A stretch of 64,000 nt of DNA, from NCBI GenBank assembly GCA_052035525.1, contig JBPOHN010000024.1, positions 13,527 through 77,526 on the forward strand, written 5' to 3'. This DNA comes from Armatimonadota bacterium (GTDB lineage: Bacteria; Armatimonadota; UBA5829). Below the pieces are notes generated by a model. The model made no database searches, had not been told where the DNA came from, and was given only the letters and a program-made list of their open reading frames with translations. Numbering within the stretch: the first letter of the stretch is position 1; the number at the start of each line of letters is the position of its first letter. The position numbers and the translations under genes were made by a program. This document shows positions 1-9,836 of this stretch, in pieces.

Positions 1-463
1 CGTCCGGAGGAATCATCCCATCGAAGTCTGAAATGCCGTTCTGGGCGCAGTAGAGCTGCCATGCAGCATTGTCCACTGCAACCAACGCGTTGAGCGTGAA
101 AGTGAGCCGGAGGTCAGGGTTGGACGTGATCCGCTTGCCTTCCTCGTGCACTTCCGGAAGAATCGCGTCCAGGAACTCCATCGGGTTCTCGAAGCTCGCG
201 CCCTCCGCCAGCTTCAGCGCGTGCGCGGTCAGTCGATACATCAGCGAGTTGGACTCCTCCTCACCTCGCCCCGCGAACACCGTCCCGTCCGACCACAGCG
301 GACTCTGCGTGCCTAGCCCGAGGGCGGCCGCGCCGCTATCCGACTCCATCAGCGCAACGGTCTGCCAAAGCTCCGTAAGCTGCCGTCCTTTGAAGCCGAA
401 CGGCGCGAGAAGGGGCTCGCGCTCACAGCCGCAGGCTGTCTTGCAGACTCGAGTTGCAGTCAT
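1..463 (-). CDS. enolase-superfamily (MR/MLE-like) protein, N-terminal part only; gene runs off left edge of window
   Basis: Reverse translation from ATG at 463-461 gives MTATRVCKTACGCEREPLLAPFGFKGRQLTELWQTVALMESDSGAAALGLG..., which fits the MR/MLE N-terminal pattern L..PF.F..G......V.V.L..D.G..G.GE. The ATG overlaps the TGA of the upstream esterase (ATGA). It is absent from the ORF track because there is no stop codon in the window. Confidence 0.35.
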   Translation of the reverse strand, partial: MTATRVCKTACGCEREPLLAPFGFKGRQLTELWQTVALMESDSGAAALGLGTQSPLWSDGTVFAGRGEEESNSLMYRLTAHALKLAEGASFENPMEFLDAILPEVHEEGKRITSNPDLRLTFTLNALVAVDNAAWQLYCAQNGISDFDGMIPPD

Positions 464-2430
464 TTCGTTATCTTCAGCTTATCCGCCGCTCCCGCCGCCA
501 GATAGGCTTTCCTGATCCAGTCACTCGGGAAACCCGCGCCCGCGTTGCGAATCCACAACCGGGAGGGCGCTATCATTGCCGCTGCCGTGCGAACATCGCC
601 TGCGCGCCTTATCGCCGGCACGAAGAGCTTGTCCTCGAAAGTCTTGTCGTCAGTCGCATCGAAACCAGCGACGTTGACTATGGTCGCTCCCGATCCTCCG
701 GCGAACGCCCGCCCGAAGAGGCACTCGATGCCCGATGCTCCCAGTCCGATAAGGGTTGGATCGTCGCTGCCGAGCGATCTGAGATAGGTGAGCGCAGTAA
801 CAATGTCCTGCACTCGCTCCGCCGCATCTGTTCGGTAGAAGGAAGTGAAGAACTGCTCCTTAAGGCGCTCATCGTTCTTGTCGGCGTCTCCCGTCAGGAA
901 GCAGTCTATCGCCAGCACCGCGTGCCCGTCCCGCAGCATGGATCTCACATCCTCGCCAGGCGCCCCTCCGCTCAGAAGCGCTGCCTTGCCTTTCGGGTGC
1001 ACCATCAAGGCCCGCTTACCATAGCCTTCGAACTTGGGGGTCACATACAGCCCGGGAATGGCGTCACCGACGCCCTTGCGGCCAATCACCACTTCCGTAA
1101 CAAGGCAATCACCACAATCGGAGGGCGTGCCGAATGTGGCAGTGATGTCGGCTGCCTCCGGCACCTCTACGGCGAAGCACCGCCTCAGCGCGGGCGCGAA
1201 CGCCTGCCGATAGCGCTCCAGGCTGGATCTAGACGCAAGCCCGAACCCGTCCAACTGCACCTTGTGCATCCGGATCAGCTCCTCCGTCAACTGATCCAAG
1301 TTCAGCGCGTCCTTGGGCATTTCACCCCACGCCATCAGTTGGCTCGTGTCATCGATGCCGTGCGGCTGCTCGGGGGTGACTCCATCTACCTGCTGTCGAA
1401 GGAAATACCTCTGGAACCAGGAGTAGACGTGCTCGCGGGAGTTCTTGTTGTAGTTGTGCCCGGCGTCCTGGAAATACATCCCGACCTTGTCCTCGGCGCC
1501 GTAGAGTCTGTATATCGCCTGCGTCGCTGGATACTCGCTCTCCCGTGTCTGGTTCGTCCAATCGCCGGTTGCGCCGACCATAAACATCGGCCTCGGCGCC
1601 ATTAGACAGCCGATCTCCACGCTGTTTGAGTCGATCCGCGCAAGAGGAGAGTTTTCGCACACGCACCCGCCTTGCATAGTAGCGGATATCATACAGACTG
1701 GCGCGTTCACGGCGATGCGATCGTCAACAGCGCTGAGCATGAACGTCTGCGTCCCGCCGCCGGACTGGCCGGTACAGCCGATGCGTTTTGGGTCTACATC
1801 GGGCAGCGACTGCAGAAATTCGACCGCTCGAATGCTGTTCCAGAGCTGCAATCCGCCAGGGCTGATGCCCCACAACTCCTGCCGCTTACTTGGAACAAAC
1901 CGGTGATCGATCTGCTTGTTCTCATTGTAGCCTATCATCGAGTAGGCAAAGGCGATCATCCCCAGCTTTGCGAAGTTCGCGCATCTCGCGGGAATGGACA
2001 TCTGCTCATCGTCGTGGATTCTGCCGTGCTCGCCGTGGCCGTGCGGGTTGAGCACGGCCGGAAACGGCCCCTGCTTGCCTTTCGGCCTGTAGAGATTGCC
2101 CACGACATAGAGCCCCGGATAGCTCTGGAAGTGAACGTTTTCAATGGTGTAGTCGCCCTTGTCGATCTTGCCGAACACCCTGGCTTTCAGCGGAGTCTTC
2201 CTGGGCATGGGGTTCAAGCCACAGCCGGTCAGTATCTGCTCGCGGACCTGCTTTGCGTGCGCCTGCCAGTCTTCCAGGGAGGCATACCTTGCGAGTTCGA
2301 ACCGCGTGTTGGTGCCGCGTTTGGCATGCAGGCGAGCGTCTGTGATCGAGTTGGCCTCGCCGGCGGTAACCGCGGCAACCGCGAGAATGGCGACTGACGT
2401 TGCCACGAGCAACATAGCACACTGATGCAT
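460..2430 (-). CDS. secreted alpha/beta-hydrolase, CE7 acetyl-xylan-esterase-like, with an extra C-terminal domain
   Basis: 656-aa ORF with an N-terminal signal peptide (MHQCAMLLVATSVAILAVAAVTAG), a nucleophile elbow GCTGQSGGG (G-x-S-x-G) and the esterase-like stretch HGHGEHG upstream. Confidence 0.6.
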   Translation of the reverse strand: MHQCAMLLVATSVAILAVAAVTAGEANSITDARLHAKRGTNTRFELARYASLEDWQAHAKQVREQILTGCGLNPMPRKTPLKARVFGKIDKGDYTIENVHFQSYPGLYVVGNLYRPKGKQGPFPAVLNPHGHGEHGRIHDDEQMSIPARCANFAKLGMIAFAYSMIGYNENKQIDHRFVPSKRQELWGISPGGLQLWNSIRAVEFLQSLPDVDPKRIGCTGQSGGGTQTFMLSAVDDRIAVNAPVCMISATMQGGCVCENSPLARIDSNSVEIGCLMAPRPMFMVGATGDWTNQTRESEYPATQAIYRLYGAEDKVGMYFQDAGHNYNKNSREHVYSWFQRYFLRQQVDGVTPEQPHGIDDTSQLMAWGEMPKDALNLDQLTEELIRMHKVQLDGFGLASRSSLERYRQAFAPALRRCFAVEVPEAADITATFGTPSDCGDCLVTEVVIGRKGVGDAIPGLYVTPKFEGYGKRALMVHPKGKAALLSGGAPGEDVRSMLRDGHAVLAIDCFLTGDADKNDERLKEQFFTSFYRTDAAERVQDIVTALTYLRSLGSDDPTLIGLGASGIECLFGRAFAGGSGATIVNVAGFDATDDKTFEDKLFVPAIRRAGDVRTAAAMIAPSRLWIRNAGAGFPSDWIRKAYLAAGAADKLKITK

Positions 2431-2595
2431 GGGATGCCTCCACAGCTATCGTTAGTTCGCTGTTCTAGGCAGGCGCGGCCGCATCCTTCTTCTGGTGGAA
2501 TCGGCACGGAGGGTTGGGGGCATTGGAGATGACTCTGGGGCCAACCCTACGAAGGCAACACACACGTCGGAATGGCGCTGGTGAGACGCTGAAGG

Positions 2596-4500
2596 CTACT
2601 TGCGGCGCTGCATCTCTTGCAGGGCTTTGACAAGATAGGGATTGGGTGCGCCGCCGAGCCTCTCGACTTGTTGGAGTTCTCGCCACGAGCCGCGGAAATC
2701 CCCAGCATCGTATAGCATCCGTGCCAGGGTGTCGTGATACTGTGGACTAGCAGGAACGAGGTCTACCGCTTCCTGGCAGGCCTTTATGGCCGGGCTGAGC
2801 TTGCCCTGCGCGTGGTATATCAGGCCCAGGTAGTAATGCGCTGCTGCGTCGCGGGGATCGAGCGTTACGGCCCTGGAGAATTCCGCTAACGCCTTGTCGA
2901 GCGCCTTCAGCCTTGCATAGGCGAAGCCGAGGCCAAGGTGCAGCCTTGCTACACGCGGCCTCTCTTTGATCGCTTTCTTGTAGTACAGGACTGCATCTTC
3001 GAAGCGGTTCTGCCCCACCATGGACTGCGCGAGGCCCTGGTACGCCTCGGCCACGTGGTAACGAGCCGTTATCAGGTCTCGGTAGTGCTTCTCCGCCTCC
3101 TTGTAGCGGGACTGACGCATAAGCATCAGCGCGAGGTTCAGCCTGGCGTCGTGCTGGCGCGGAACAATCCGGAGCACCTGGCGATACTGCTTCTCTGCTT
3201 CAGCCCACCTGCGCTGCTTCTGCAGTTCCACTCCAAGGTTGTAGTGGGCGAGAGTATTGCGTTTCGTAACAGCAATCGCGCGTTTGAAGAGGGTCTCGCT
3301 GTCGCGCCAGTAACCTACCTCGACATATGTGCGGAAGAGCATCCCCAGTATCACGCACGACGCCGCCGTTATCAAGATGGGCCGCAGCCGCGGCGAAGGC
3401 AGCAGGTCAGGCACAAGCCAGGCGAGGATCACGAACGGCCCGATCAGGGGCAGATAGGTGTATCTATTCGCCATGCCCTGCAGACCCACCTGAACCAGGC
3501 CGATCACCGGCAGCAGAGTGACAGCGTACCACAGCAGCCCCATAGTTACATACGGTCTTCGGCGGGCACATCTGATCGCCGCAAGCAGCCCCAGAGCCAA
3601 CAGCAGTGCCGATCCGGCAACCTGCCAGGCGGGCAGTGTAGTGCCCGGGTGCGGGTAGAAGAACGCTAAGCCTGAAGGCCAGAGCATGTTGATCAGGTAA
3701 GCTACGCTTGCAACCGCGGCAACAGCGGCTCTGACGCCCAAATCGAATGTCTCCAGATCGGCAACCGAGCCGCCCGCGCGCTGCGCGTATAGGGTCACAA
3801 CGCAGGAGGCTGCTGCCATGAGCAGGAGTGGCGCCTTCTCTAGGATCAACCGGCGTGCCGGAAGGGCTTTTGCGGCATCGGCAGAGGCAGAACTGCGCCG
3901 AAGCGGCCAGTAGTCCAGGAGCAGGAGCGCAATCGGCAGGCTGACGAGCATTGGTTTGGACAGCAGGCCCAAGCCGTAGAGCAGGACCATCAGCAGGTAC
4001 CGCGTGGCGGATGGGCGATGAAGGTAACGGAGATACGCCGCTATGGTCAAGAAGCCAAAGAACGTGCTGAGGACATCTTTGCGCTCCGCAACCCAGGCAA
4101 CCGACTCCACGTGCAGCGGATGAACCGCAAACAGGGCGGCCACAATAAGACTCCTCGTCGGCCTGCCCGTCATCCGGCAGAGAAGCAGGAACAGCAGCAC
4201 CGTGTTGGCGACGTGCAGCAGGAGATTGGTGAGGTGATGCCCTCCAGGGTTGGAGCCATAGACCTGCCAGTCCAGCATGTGCGAGAGCCATGTGAGAGGG
4301 TGCCAGTTCGACGCGTGTGTCGCGGTGAATGCCCAGAAGACGTTTTCGACCGTCAAGCCCCCGCGAACGTGCGCGTTGCGAGTGACGTATTGCCCATCGT
4401 CGAACGACCTGATGAAATCGTTGTCCGTCACCCGGCAGTAGGCGAGGCCGGTAAGCATGACGAGGAGCAGCACGTATATCTGCCGAGCGCGCGTGTTCAC
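2596..4500 (-). CDS. multi-pass membrane protein with C-terminal TPR repeats (TMTC/PMT-like, DUF1736-type putative glycosyltransferase)
   Basis: 634 aa. The N-terminal half is polytopic with an HPLTWLSH motif. The C-terminal third carries repeated TPR-like A/Y/L-rich 34-mers (AHYNLGVELQKQRRWAEAEKQYRQVL...). Confidence 0.6.
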   Translation of the reverse strand: MNTRARQIYVLLLVMLTGLAYCRVTDNDFIRSFDDGQYVTRNAHVRGGLTVENVFWAFTATHASNWHPLTWLSHMLDWQVYGSNPGGHHLTNLLLHVANTVLLFLLLCRMTGRPTRSLIVAALFAVHPLHVESVAWVAERKDVLSTFFGFLTIAAYLRYLHRPSATRYLLMVLLYGLGLLSKPMLVSLPIALLLLDYWPLRRSSASADAAKALPARRLILEKAPLLLMAAASCVVTLYAQRAGGSVADLETFDLGVRAAVAAVASVAYLINMLWPSGLAFFYPHPGTTLPAWQVAGSALLLALGLLAAIRCARRRPYVTMGLLWYAVTLLPVIGLVQVGLQGMANRYTYLPLIGPFVILAWLVPDLLPSPRLRPILITAASCVILGMLFRTYVEVGYWRDSETLFKRAIAVTKRNTLAHYNLGVELQKQRRWAEAEKQYRQVLRIVPRQHDARLNLALMLMRQSRYKEAEKHYRDLITARYHVAEAYQGLAQSMVGQNRFEDAVLYYKKAIKERPRVARLHLGLGFAYARLKALDKALAEFSRAVTLDPRDAAAHYYLGLIYHAQGKLSPAIKACQEAVDLVPASPQYHDTLARMLYDAGDFRGSWRELQQVERLGGAPNPYLVKALQEMQRRK

Positions 4501-4587
4501 CTGTGCAGTATGGCACAGTGATAGGCATACGTCAAGCTAAGGGCACCGTGAATGACCGGGGACTGGGCGGATGAGATGGAGTACTGT

Positions 4588-4734
4588 CTACTTCCTAAGC
4601 CTCTGCTTGACGACGTCGAGTGCCCGGTAAGCGTCGTTCCGATGGGCGAGCTTGACGACCGTCACAAGAAGAATTCGATCCTTGATCCCGTAGATGATGC
4701 GGTAGACGCCAACGCGAACAGGGTGTGCGGAACT
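4588..4734 (-). pseudogene. RelE/ParE-family toxin, C-terminal remnant only (no start codon, no antitoxin)
   Basis: Reverse frame reads SSAHPVRVGVYRIIYGIKDRILLVTVVKLAHRNDAYRALDVVKQRLRK*, the characteristic C-terminal beta-sheet and tail of RelE/ParE toxins. The frame opens immediately at the TAG of the nitroreductase gene, and the only in-frame start candidate (GTG) leaves 22 aa. Confidence 0.45.
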
Positions 4735-5604
4735 CTACACCCATCTCACATTCGCCTGCGCTTTGGGTGCTGATCTAGCGTACTTGAGCTTGGGATAGCC
4801 AACGATGAGGCAGGTCTGCACCTTGTGATCCGGCGGCAGACCGACCAGCTTCTTGAGGTTTCTGTCGGCGTTAACGGGTCCGGTAATGAAGCCGATGCAG
4901 CACGTTCCGAGGCCGAGGGTTTCGGCGGCGTATTGGATATTGGCGGCGGCGAAGACTGAGTCCTCCGCGCCGCACACGTCATCCCTGCTCGTGTGGACAA
5001 CAATACAGCAAGGCGCATTGTAGGCGACGAGGTCCAGGTCTGAATATCGACCGTCGCTGACCTGCTCCATCAGCGGCAGGAAGAACTCCAATTCGCGGTA
5101 GGTGCTCGGCCTGAGCAGCCGAAAAACGGCCCTGCCAATAGGATTGCTTACGAGCCTACATAGCTGTGCTATCTGATGGGTAATGCGCTCGGTCAACTGC
5201 TTCATCAACTGCCTATCGGTGATGACAGTGTAGCAGACATTCTGGCGATTGAGCCCATCTGGGGCCTGCACGGCGGCAGCAAGAAGCTTGTCGATCACCT
5301 CGCGCGGCACTTCCTGACCGAGGAACTCCCTGCGAGAGCGTCGCATCTTGAGGAAGCCCATGAACTGCTCGTAGCTCGGGCGGTTGGCCTCATCCAGGGG
5401 CTCGCAATCAGCGGCATTGACATTGGGATGCCTGATCGCATCGGCGGGGCAGACGGCTACACAGTGCCCGCAAGCTGCGCACAGGAGCGGCTTCTCAAGT
5501 ACCTTCATTTTGCCGTCAGCGGGTTGGTAGTTCAGGAAGCAGACTTGCGCGCACAGGCCGCAGTTGGTGCACTTGGCCTCGTCGATAACGATGTTTTCGC
5601 TCAT
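4735..5604 (-). CDS. ferredoxin-nitroreductase fusion protein (2x[4Fe-4S] domain plus nitroreductase-family domain)
   Basis: The N-terminus has CTNCGLCAQVC and CAACGHCVAVCP (two CxxCxxCxxxCP clusters). The remainder has a nitroreductase-like fold (RRSRREF..., GLGTCCIGF). Confidence 0.7.
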   Translation of the reverse strand: MSENIVIDEAKCTNCGLCAQVCFLNYQPADGKMKVLEKPLLCAACGHCVAVCPADAIRHPNVNAADCEPLDEANRPSYEQFMGFLKMRRSRREFLGQEVPREVIDKLLAAAVQAPDGLNRQNVCYTVITDRQLMKQLTERITHQIAQLCRLVSNPIGRAVFRLLRPSTYRELEFFLPLMEQVSDGRYSDLDLVAYNAPCCIVVHTSRDDVCGAEDSVFAAANIQYAAETLGLGTCCIGFITGPVNADRNLKKLVGLPPDHKVQTCLIVGYPKLKYARSAPKAQANVRWV

Positions 5605-5689
5605 TCGCTCACCCCCCGGTTATCTACGCCGCCGTATCAGCATCATCCTGCAAGTCCGAGGGAGGTCGACTGGCCGGGACTACCCCATG

Positions 5690-5723
5690 CGCAAAGTCCG
5701 CCACGACAGCGGCGGACTTTGCG
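5690..5723 (-). terminator. hairpin (13-bp stem) downstream of PEP-CTERM gene
   Basis: gcgcaaagtccgcc-acgacagc-ggcggactttgcg, a perfect 13-bp inverted repeat 33 bp after the stop of the 5756..6454 gene, with no strong U-tract. Confidence 0.4.
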
Positions 5724-5755
5724 TACAGACTCAGGTAGATTAGCCCACCCCGGAT

Positions 5756-6454
5756 CTAGCGCAGCACTTTTCTCCTCATCGCAAGCAGAGGCAACGCCCC
5801 GAGCGAAGCCAGGAATAGGGTAGAAGCGTCGGGAATGACCGGCAAGCCCGTGTCGGGAACCAGCACGTGGAAGTTGATTGACCCATCGCTCGGCGGATCA
5901 GTGGGGTCCGGATCCAGGAATCCGGCATTCCACGCGGTGTTGAAGACATCAGGATCATTGTGAGCAGTGCCGTTCTTGGCATAGAAGTCGCCCCAGACGG
6001 GTTCGCGGAATGTCTTGAACGAGAATATCCCTGTGGTTGTGTCCACCATGTCGAACTTGATACCGTGAATTGGTCCAGGGATGTTCGGGTTGGACCCTCC
6101 GGGACCGGCAGCGCTGAAGTCGTTGATCTCGATGTCAGTGAATGTCCCGCTGAGACCGACGATCTCCTCTACGCGCAGGTCGTTGGAGCACTCCAGGATG
6201 AAGTGACTGATATCGCCATCCGGCACGGTCAGCCTGTAGCTGTAGTTCCACAGCCCGGGCACACCCATGTCGGGGTTGACGCTCCACTCCAGGTGGACTG
6301 GGCCGGTGGTAACCCAGAATCCGGTTCCCACTATTCCGGGTGGCAAGAGATCGCTGCGCAGTTCTCCGGAAAAGGCCAGAGACGGCGCAGCCAGCAGGCT
6401 CACTGCCAAAGCGACAACTAGCACTGCAATGGGTAACCTGAGACCATACTTCAT
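5756..6454 (-). CDS. secreted PEP-CTERM sorting-domain protein
   Basis: Has a signal peptide. The C-terminus is VPDASTLFLASLGALPLLAMRRKVLR (PEP-like motif, hydrophobic helix, basic tail). Confidence 0.7.
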   Translation of the reverse strand: MKYGLRLPIAVLVVALAVSLLAAPSLAFSGELRSDLLPPGIVGTGFWVTTGPVHLEWSVNPDMGVPGLWNYSYRLTVPDGDISHFILECSNDLRVEEIVGLSGTFTDIEINDFSAAGPGGSNPNIPGPIHGIKFDMVDTTTGIFSFKTFREPVWGDFYAKNGTAHNDPDVFNTAWNAGFLDPDPTDPPSDGSINFHVLVPDTGLPVIPDASTLFLASLGALPLLAMRRKVLR

Positions 6455-6650
6455 AGACTCGCCCTCCTATTGATCCAAACGAATCCCCCGCAGGAGTTCA
6501 GAGACGTGGGCTCGGGTGCGAAGGGGATTTTGGGTGATATTCCCGTCTCGGATGGGGGCTAATCACCTGCTTGCACACGTTTGTCATCGCCGTGACACGG
6601 CAGTGCGCCCCAGCATTACCAATTGTGCGACAGAGAGCCCCTGGAGTCAG

Positions 6651-8588
6651 CTAGCGACGAAGCAGAACGCAGCCGGATTCGGGGGCGAGGTCCAACGCAA
6701 GAGAGCGGTTGGAGGAGGTTACTGTTCGGTTATACCCGATATTCGAGAAGGTTCCGTCTCGGTCTACGGGGACACTGACTGAGGCCGGAATGCGAGTCGG
6801 ATTCAGGACAACGATCCCGTTCGCAAAGAACCGGTAGAGGACGTCTCCCGTCTTCAGGATGCCGCTCTCGGGCTTGCCCAGCCGCAGCCTCTCAACAGAA
6901 TCCCCGGTAATATCGGTGCCGACGGTCGCTGTGGGCAAGCAAAACAGGAGGCCGTGGAGCGCAGCGTAGGCGTGCGAATAAAGAATGGCGCGGGTCGTCG
7001 ACCTGTGCATCATACGAGGCACAATCATCGCCACCTTGCCCGCCCGAATAGCGGCCTCACGCTCGGCGGCAAAACACTGCAGCTCTGCCCATTCGCCGAT
7101 CGGACCGTCGTCGCTTACGGGATGGAAAGGCAGGCCTTCACATACCTGCGCGTCACAGTACGCCCAATGGGATGGCAATATCCCGCTGCTGTGGATCACA
7201 ATCTTGTCCTCGCCGAAGCTCTTCACCAGCTTATATATCTGGCTATAGAGAGCTTCTGACGCGGCGGTATTGGTATCGTAAGGGCCTTCGTGCTTGTGCT
7301 TGTCGAACCTGGGCCCGTAGCACTCGAGCGGTGGACCTGCGCGGTCAATCCAGATGCCATCGGCGCCGAGGTTCATTATGTTGAGCACCTGTGTGAGGGC
7401 GTTGTTCCGTAGCTCTGCCTGGTGGAAGCATGTGGAAGACACGCCGACCGCATGAGCACACTGCCGCTCGGTTCCGTCCGATGCTATGCACGTCCATTCG
7501 GGATGCTCGGCGAGGTCCAGGAGACCGGCCGGCGTCGCTTCGTCGGTCCGGCTAGGCTGGCGGCCAAGCTCCTTCTGGACTTCTGAATTGCAAAGCTCCG
7601 AGTAGTTCACGTGAACAATCGCGCGAACGCCTGCTTCGTGGGCTTTAGCAATGACCTCCTTGTCAGCAGGCACTCGAACGGCAATTGGAGAGTGCTGAGT
7701 ATGCCATCCGACCGTGTCTTCTGTCAGTTTTCCGTACCAACCGCCGCTCACTCCCGCACTGCGCAGCCATTCCGGGGCCGGCGTACCGTAGTCAATGCTG
7801 GCATTCGTTGCCGGAACGGCGGGCTTGAGGATGTCGATGGAGCTGTCCCTGGCCGCCTTAGATACGGCTGCGGCATCGGCTGCATTCGCAACTCCGGCAA
7901 GACCGAAACACACGTCCAGGGTTTCGTTCGGCCGCAGGAACCTCCATCTCGGCAGCGCTTGAATGAACGGTTTGCCCTCACGGCAGCCCACAATTCCATT
8001 GGTCAGAACGACAAGTCCTCCGCTCTCTTGGGGAAGAAGGAACCAATCGCTGCGGTCAAAACAACGGTCGCCTGCAGGCGCAGCTTTCTCCTCGGCTCCG
8101 TTGCTGCCGGGCACGCAGTAGGATTGCACCGGCCCGTCCCAACTCCAGAAGTAGTAATCGCTGTAGCCCCCATAAAGACCGCTCACACCGCTCTTGACGA
8201 ACACTCCCGGAACACCGGGATAAGCGCTGATCCTGAGCACCATCCGCCGGTCGTCCGGTACGGCGAGTGTAACCACCGCGGTTACGAGATCCTTAGAGCG
8301 ATAGGTCTTTGGTGCCTCGATCACTCCAGTCGGCCGCACCCAATCACTGGGAGACCAGATGCTGACTTCCAGCCCCCTCTTGCCATAGGGAGTTTCGAGC
8401 GAGACCAGCGCGTCGGACAGCCGCACGGTGATCTTCTGCTGGCCGTTGCGTATCGCCATCACGTCTTTCGAGACGAAAAGGGTGGGGATGTCCGCAGGAA
8501 GCTCCTGCCGCGCGCGTTTGGCCGCTGACGCCACATCGGGCATAAGCAGAACAATAGCCGCTGTCAATATTGCCAGGCGAATGAGCAT
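6651..8588 (-). CDS. secreted hypothetical protein, possible TIM-barrel glycoside-hydrolase-like
   Basis: 645 aa with a signal peptide (MLIRLAILTAAIVLLMPDVASA) and a central region (IVHVNYSE ... GADGIWIDRAG) reminiscent of GH-like TIM barrels. No firm family assignment. Confidence 0.45.
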   Translation of the reverse strand: MLIRLAILTAAIVLLMPDVASAAKRARQELPADIPTLFVSKDVMAIRNGQQKITVRLSDALVSLETPYGKRGLEVSIWSPSDWVRPTGVIEAPKTYRSKDLVTAVVTLAVPDDRRMVLRISAYPGVPGVFVKSGVSGLYGGYSDYYFWSWDGPVQSYCVPGSNGAEEKAAPAGDRCFDRSDWFLLPQESGGLVVLTNGIVGCREGKPFIQALPRWRFLRPNETLDVCFGLAGVANAADAAAVSKAARDSSIDILKPAVPATNASIDYGTPAPEWLRSAGVSGGWYGKLTEDTVGWHTQHSPIAVRVPADKEVIAKAHEAGVRAIVHVNYSELCNSEVQKELGRQPSRTDEATPAGLLDLAEHPEWTCIASDGTERQCAHAVGVSSTCFHQAELRNNALTQVLNIMNLGADGIWIDRAGPPLECYGPRFDKHKHEGPYDTNTAASEALYSQIYKLVKSFGEDKIVIHSSGILPSHWAYCDAQVCEGLPFHPVSDDGPIGEWAELQCFAAEREAAIRAGKVAMIVPRMMHRSTTRAILYSHAYAALHGLLFCLPTATVGTDITGDSVERLRLGKPESGILKTGDVLYRFFANGIVVLNPTRIPASVSVPVDRDGTFSNIGYNRTVTSSNRSLALDLAPESGCVLLRR

Positions 8589-8683
8589 GATATCTCCCCT
8601 AGCAGTCGAGTTTACAGCAATGCGGCCTCGGGGTCAAATCGTGCGCTGCGAAGGCGAGCCAGTGGAATCATAGCGGACGGAGG

Positions 8684-9832
8684 CTAGACGAACTCGCGAG
8701 CCACGTCGTTGAGGAGCAGAAGGCCTGAGCGCGTTACGAAGAGCCGCCCATCGGCCATTTCGAGGAGTCCCCGGCTCTTGAGGTCCTCGATCTGTGATTC
8801 GTAATGCGTCAGCGGGTCCAGGCCGGTCTCACGCCGAAGCCTTTCGATCTCCACACCTTCGATCATCCGTAGGCCCTGCACGATGGTCTCGCCCAGCCTG
8901 GCTTCTTCGTCAAGCTTTTCCGAGCTATCGATCGCATCCGCCCCTGACTCGATGGCAGCGATGTACTGTCTGGGATCGGGGTACCTCCGAGCGCGGATGC
9001 CGCCGACATAGCTCGTCGCGCCTGCTCCGAAGCCATGGTAGGCGTGGTTCAGCCAATAGACCTGATTGTGCCTGGACCTGAAGCCTGGGCGGGCAAAATT
9101 GGAGACCTCGTAGTGCTCATAGCCCTCGGCGGTGAGCTTGTCAATCGCCAGCTCATACATCGCAAGCTGGATGTCCTCATCCGCGGGTGGCAGCTTGCCT
9201 TCAGCAGTCATTTCGGAGAACCGGGTCCCCTCCTCGATTGAGAGTTCGTAGAGCGATATGTGCTTCGGCCAAAGCTGCAGCGCCGTTTCAAGCGTATGCT
9301 CCCAATGGTCGAGGGTCTGCCCCGGTAGCGCGAACATCAGGTCTATGCTCACATTCTCGAACCCTGCCTGGCGGGCTGCTTCGTATGCATCCAGCGCCTG
9401 CAGCCTGGAGTGTGCGCGGCCGATCAACCGGAGATAGTCGTCGTCAAGCGATTGGACGCCGAGACTCAGCCTATTGAACCCTGCCTGGCGTAGCCTCGAC
9501 AGCTTGGGCAGATGCACAGTGCCAGGGTTGGCCTCCACGGTAACCTCCGCGTCCGGAGCCAGACCCAGGAAGTGCCTGATCACGCCGAGAACGGCGACGA
9601 GATCCGAAGCAGGAAGCAGCGTAGGAGTACCGCCGCCGAAGTAGACCGTCCCCAGCGCCGGCTCCGACGGCAATCGGCCGTTTTTCGAGTCCGCCGTACG
9701 CTTTATCTCAGTGATCAGCGCGCGCACGTAGTCCGGGAAGATCGCCTCAAGCCCAGGATAGGAACTGAAGTCGCAGTAGGAACACTTGGACACACAGAAG
9801 GGGATGTGGATATATGCGGCTTCTGGCTTCAT
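8684..9832 (-). CDS. hemW: radical SAM heme chaperone HemW (coproporphyrinogen III oxidase-like)
   Basis: MKPEAAYIHIPFCVSKCSYCDF (CxxxCxxC radical-SAM motif in HemN/HemW context) plus a C-terminal HemN_C-like region. The start is trimmed to the ATG at 9832; the ORF track extends 22 codons upstream. Confidence 0.75.
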   Translation of the reverse strand: MKPEAAYIHIPFCVSKCSYCDFSSYPGLEAIFPDYVRALITEIKRTADSKNGRLPSEPALGTVYFGGGTPTLLPASDLVAVLGVIRHFLGLAPDAEVTVEANPGTVHLPKLSRLRQAGFNRLSLGVQSLDDDYLRLIGRAHSRLQALDAYEAARQAGFENVSIDLMFALPGQTLDHWEHTLETALQLWPKHISLYELSIEEGTRFSEMTAEGKLPPADEDIQLAMYELAIDKLTAEGYEHYEVSNFARPGFRSRHNQVYWLNHAYHGFGAGATSYVGGIRARRYPDPRQYIAAIESGADAIDSSEKLDEEARLGETIVQGLRMIEGVEIERLRRETGLDPLTHYESQIEDLKSRGLLEMADGRLFVTRSGLLLLNDVAREFV

Positions 9833-9836
9833 GTGC

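Noticed and set aside
69-1605. ORFs 69..515(+), 454..1605(+), 545..787(+)
   Set aside because: Low-complexity R/S/P-rich translations lying antisense to the esterase and enolase-superfamily genes. These are typical high-GC shadow ORFs.
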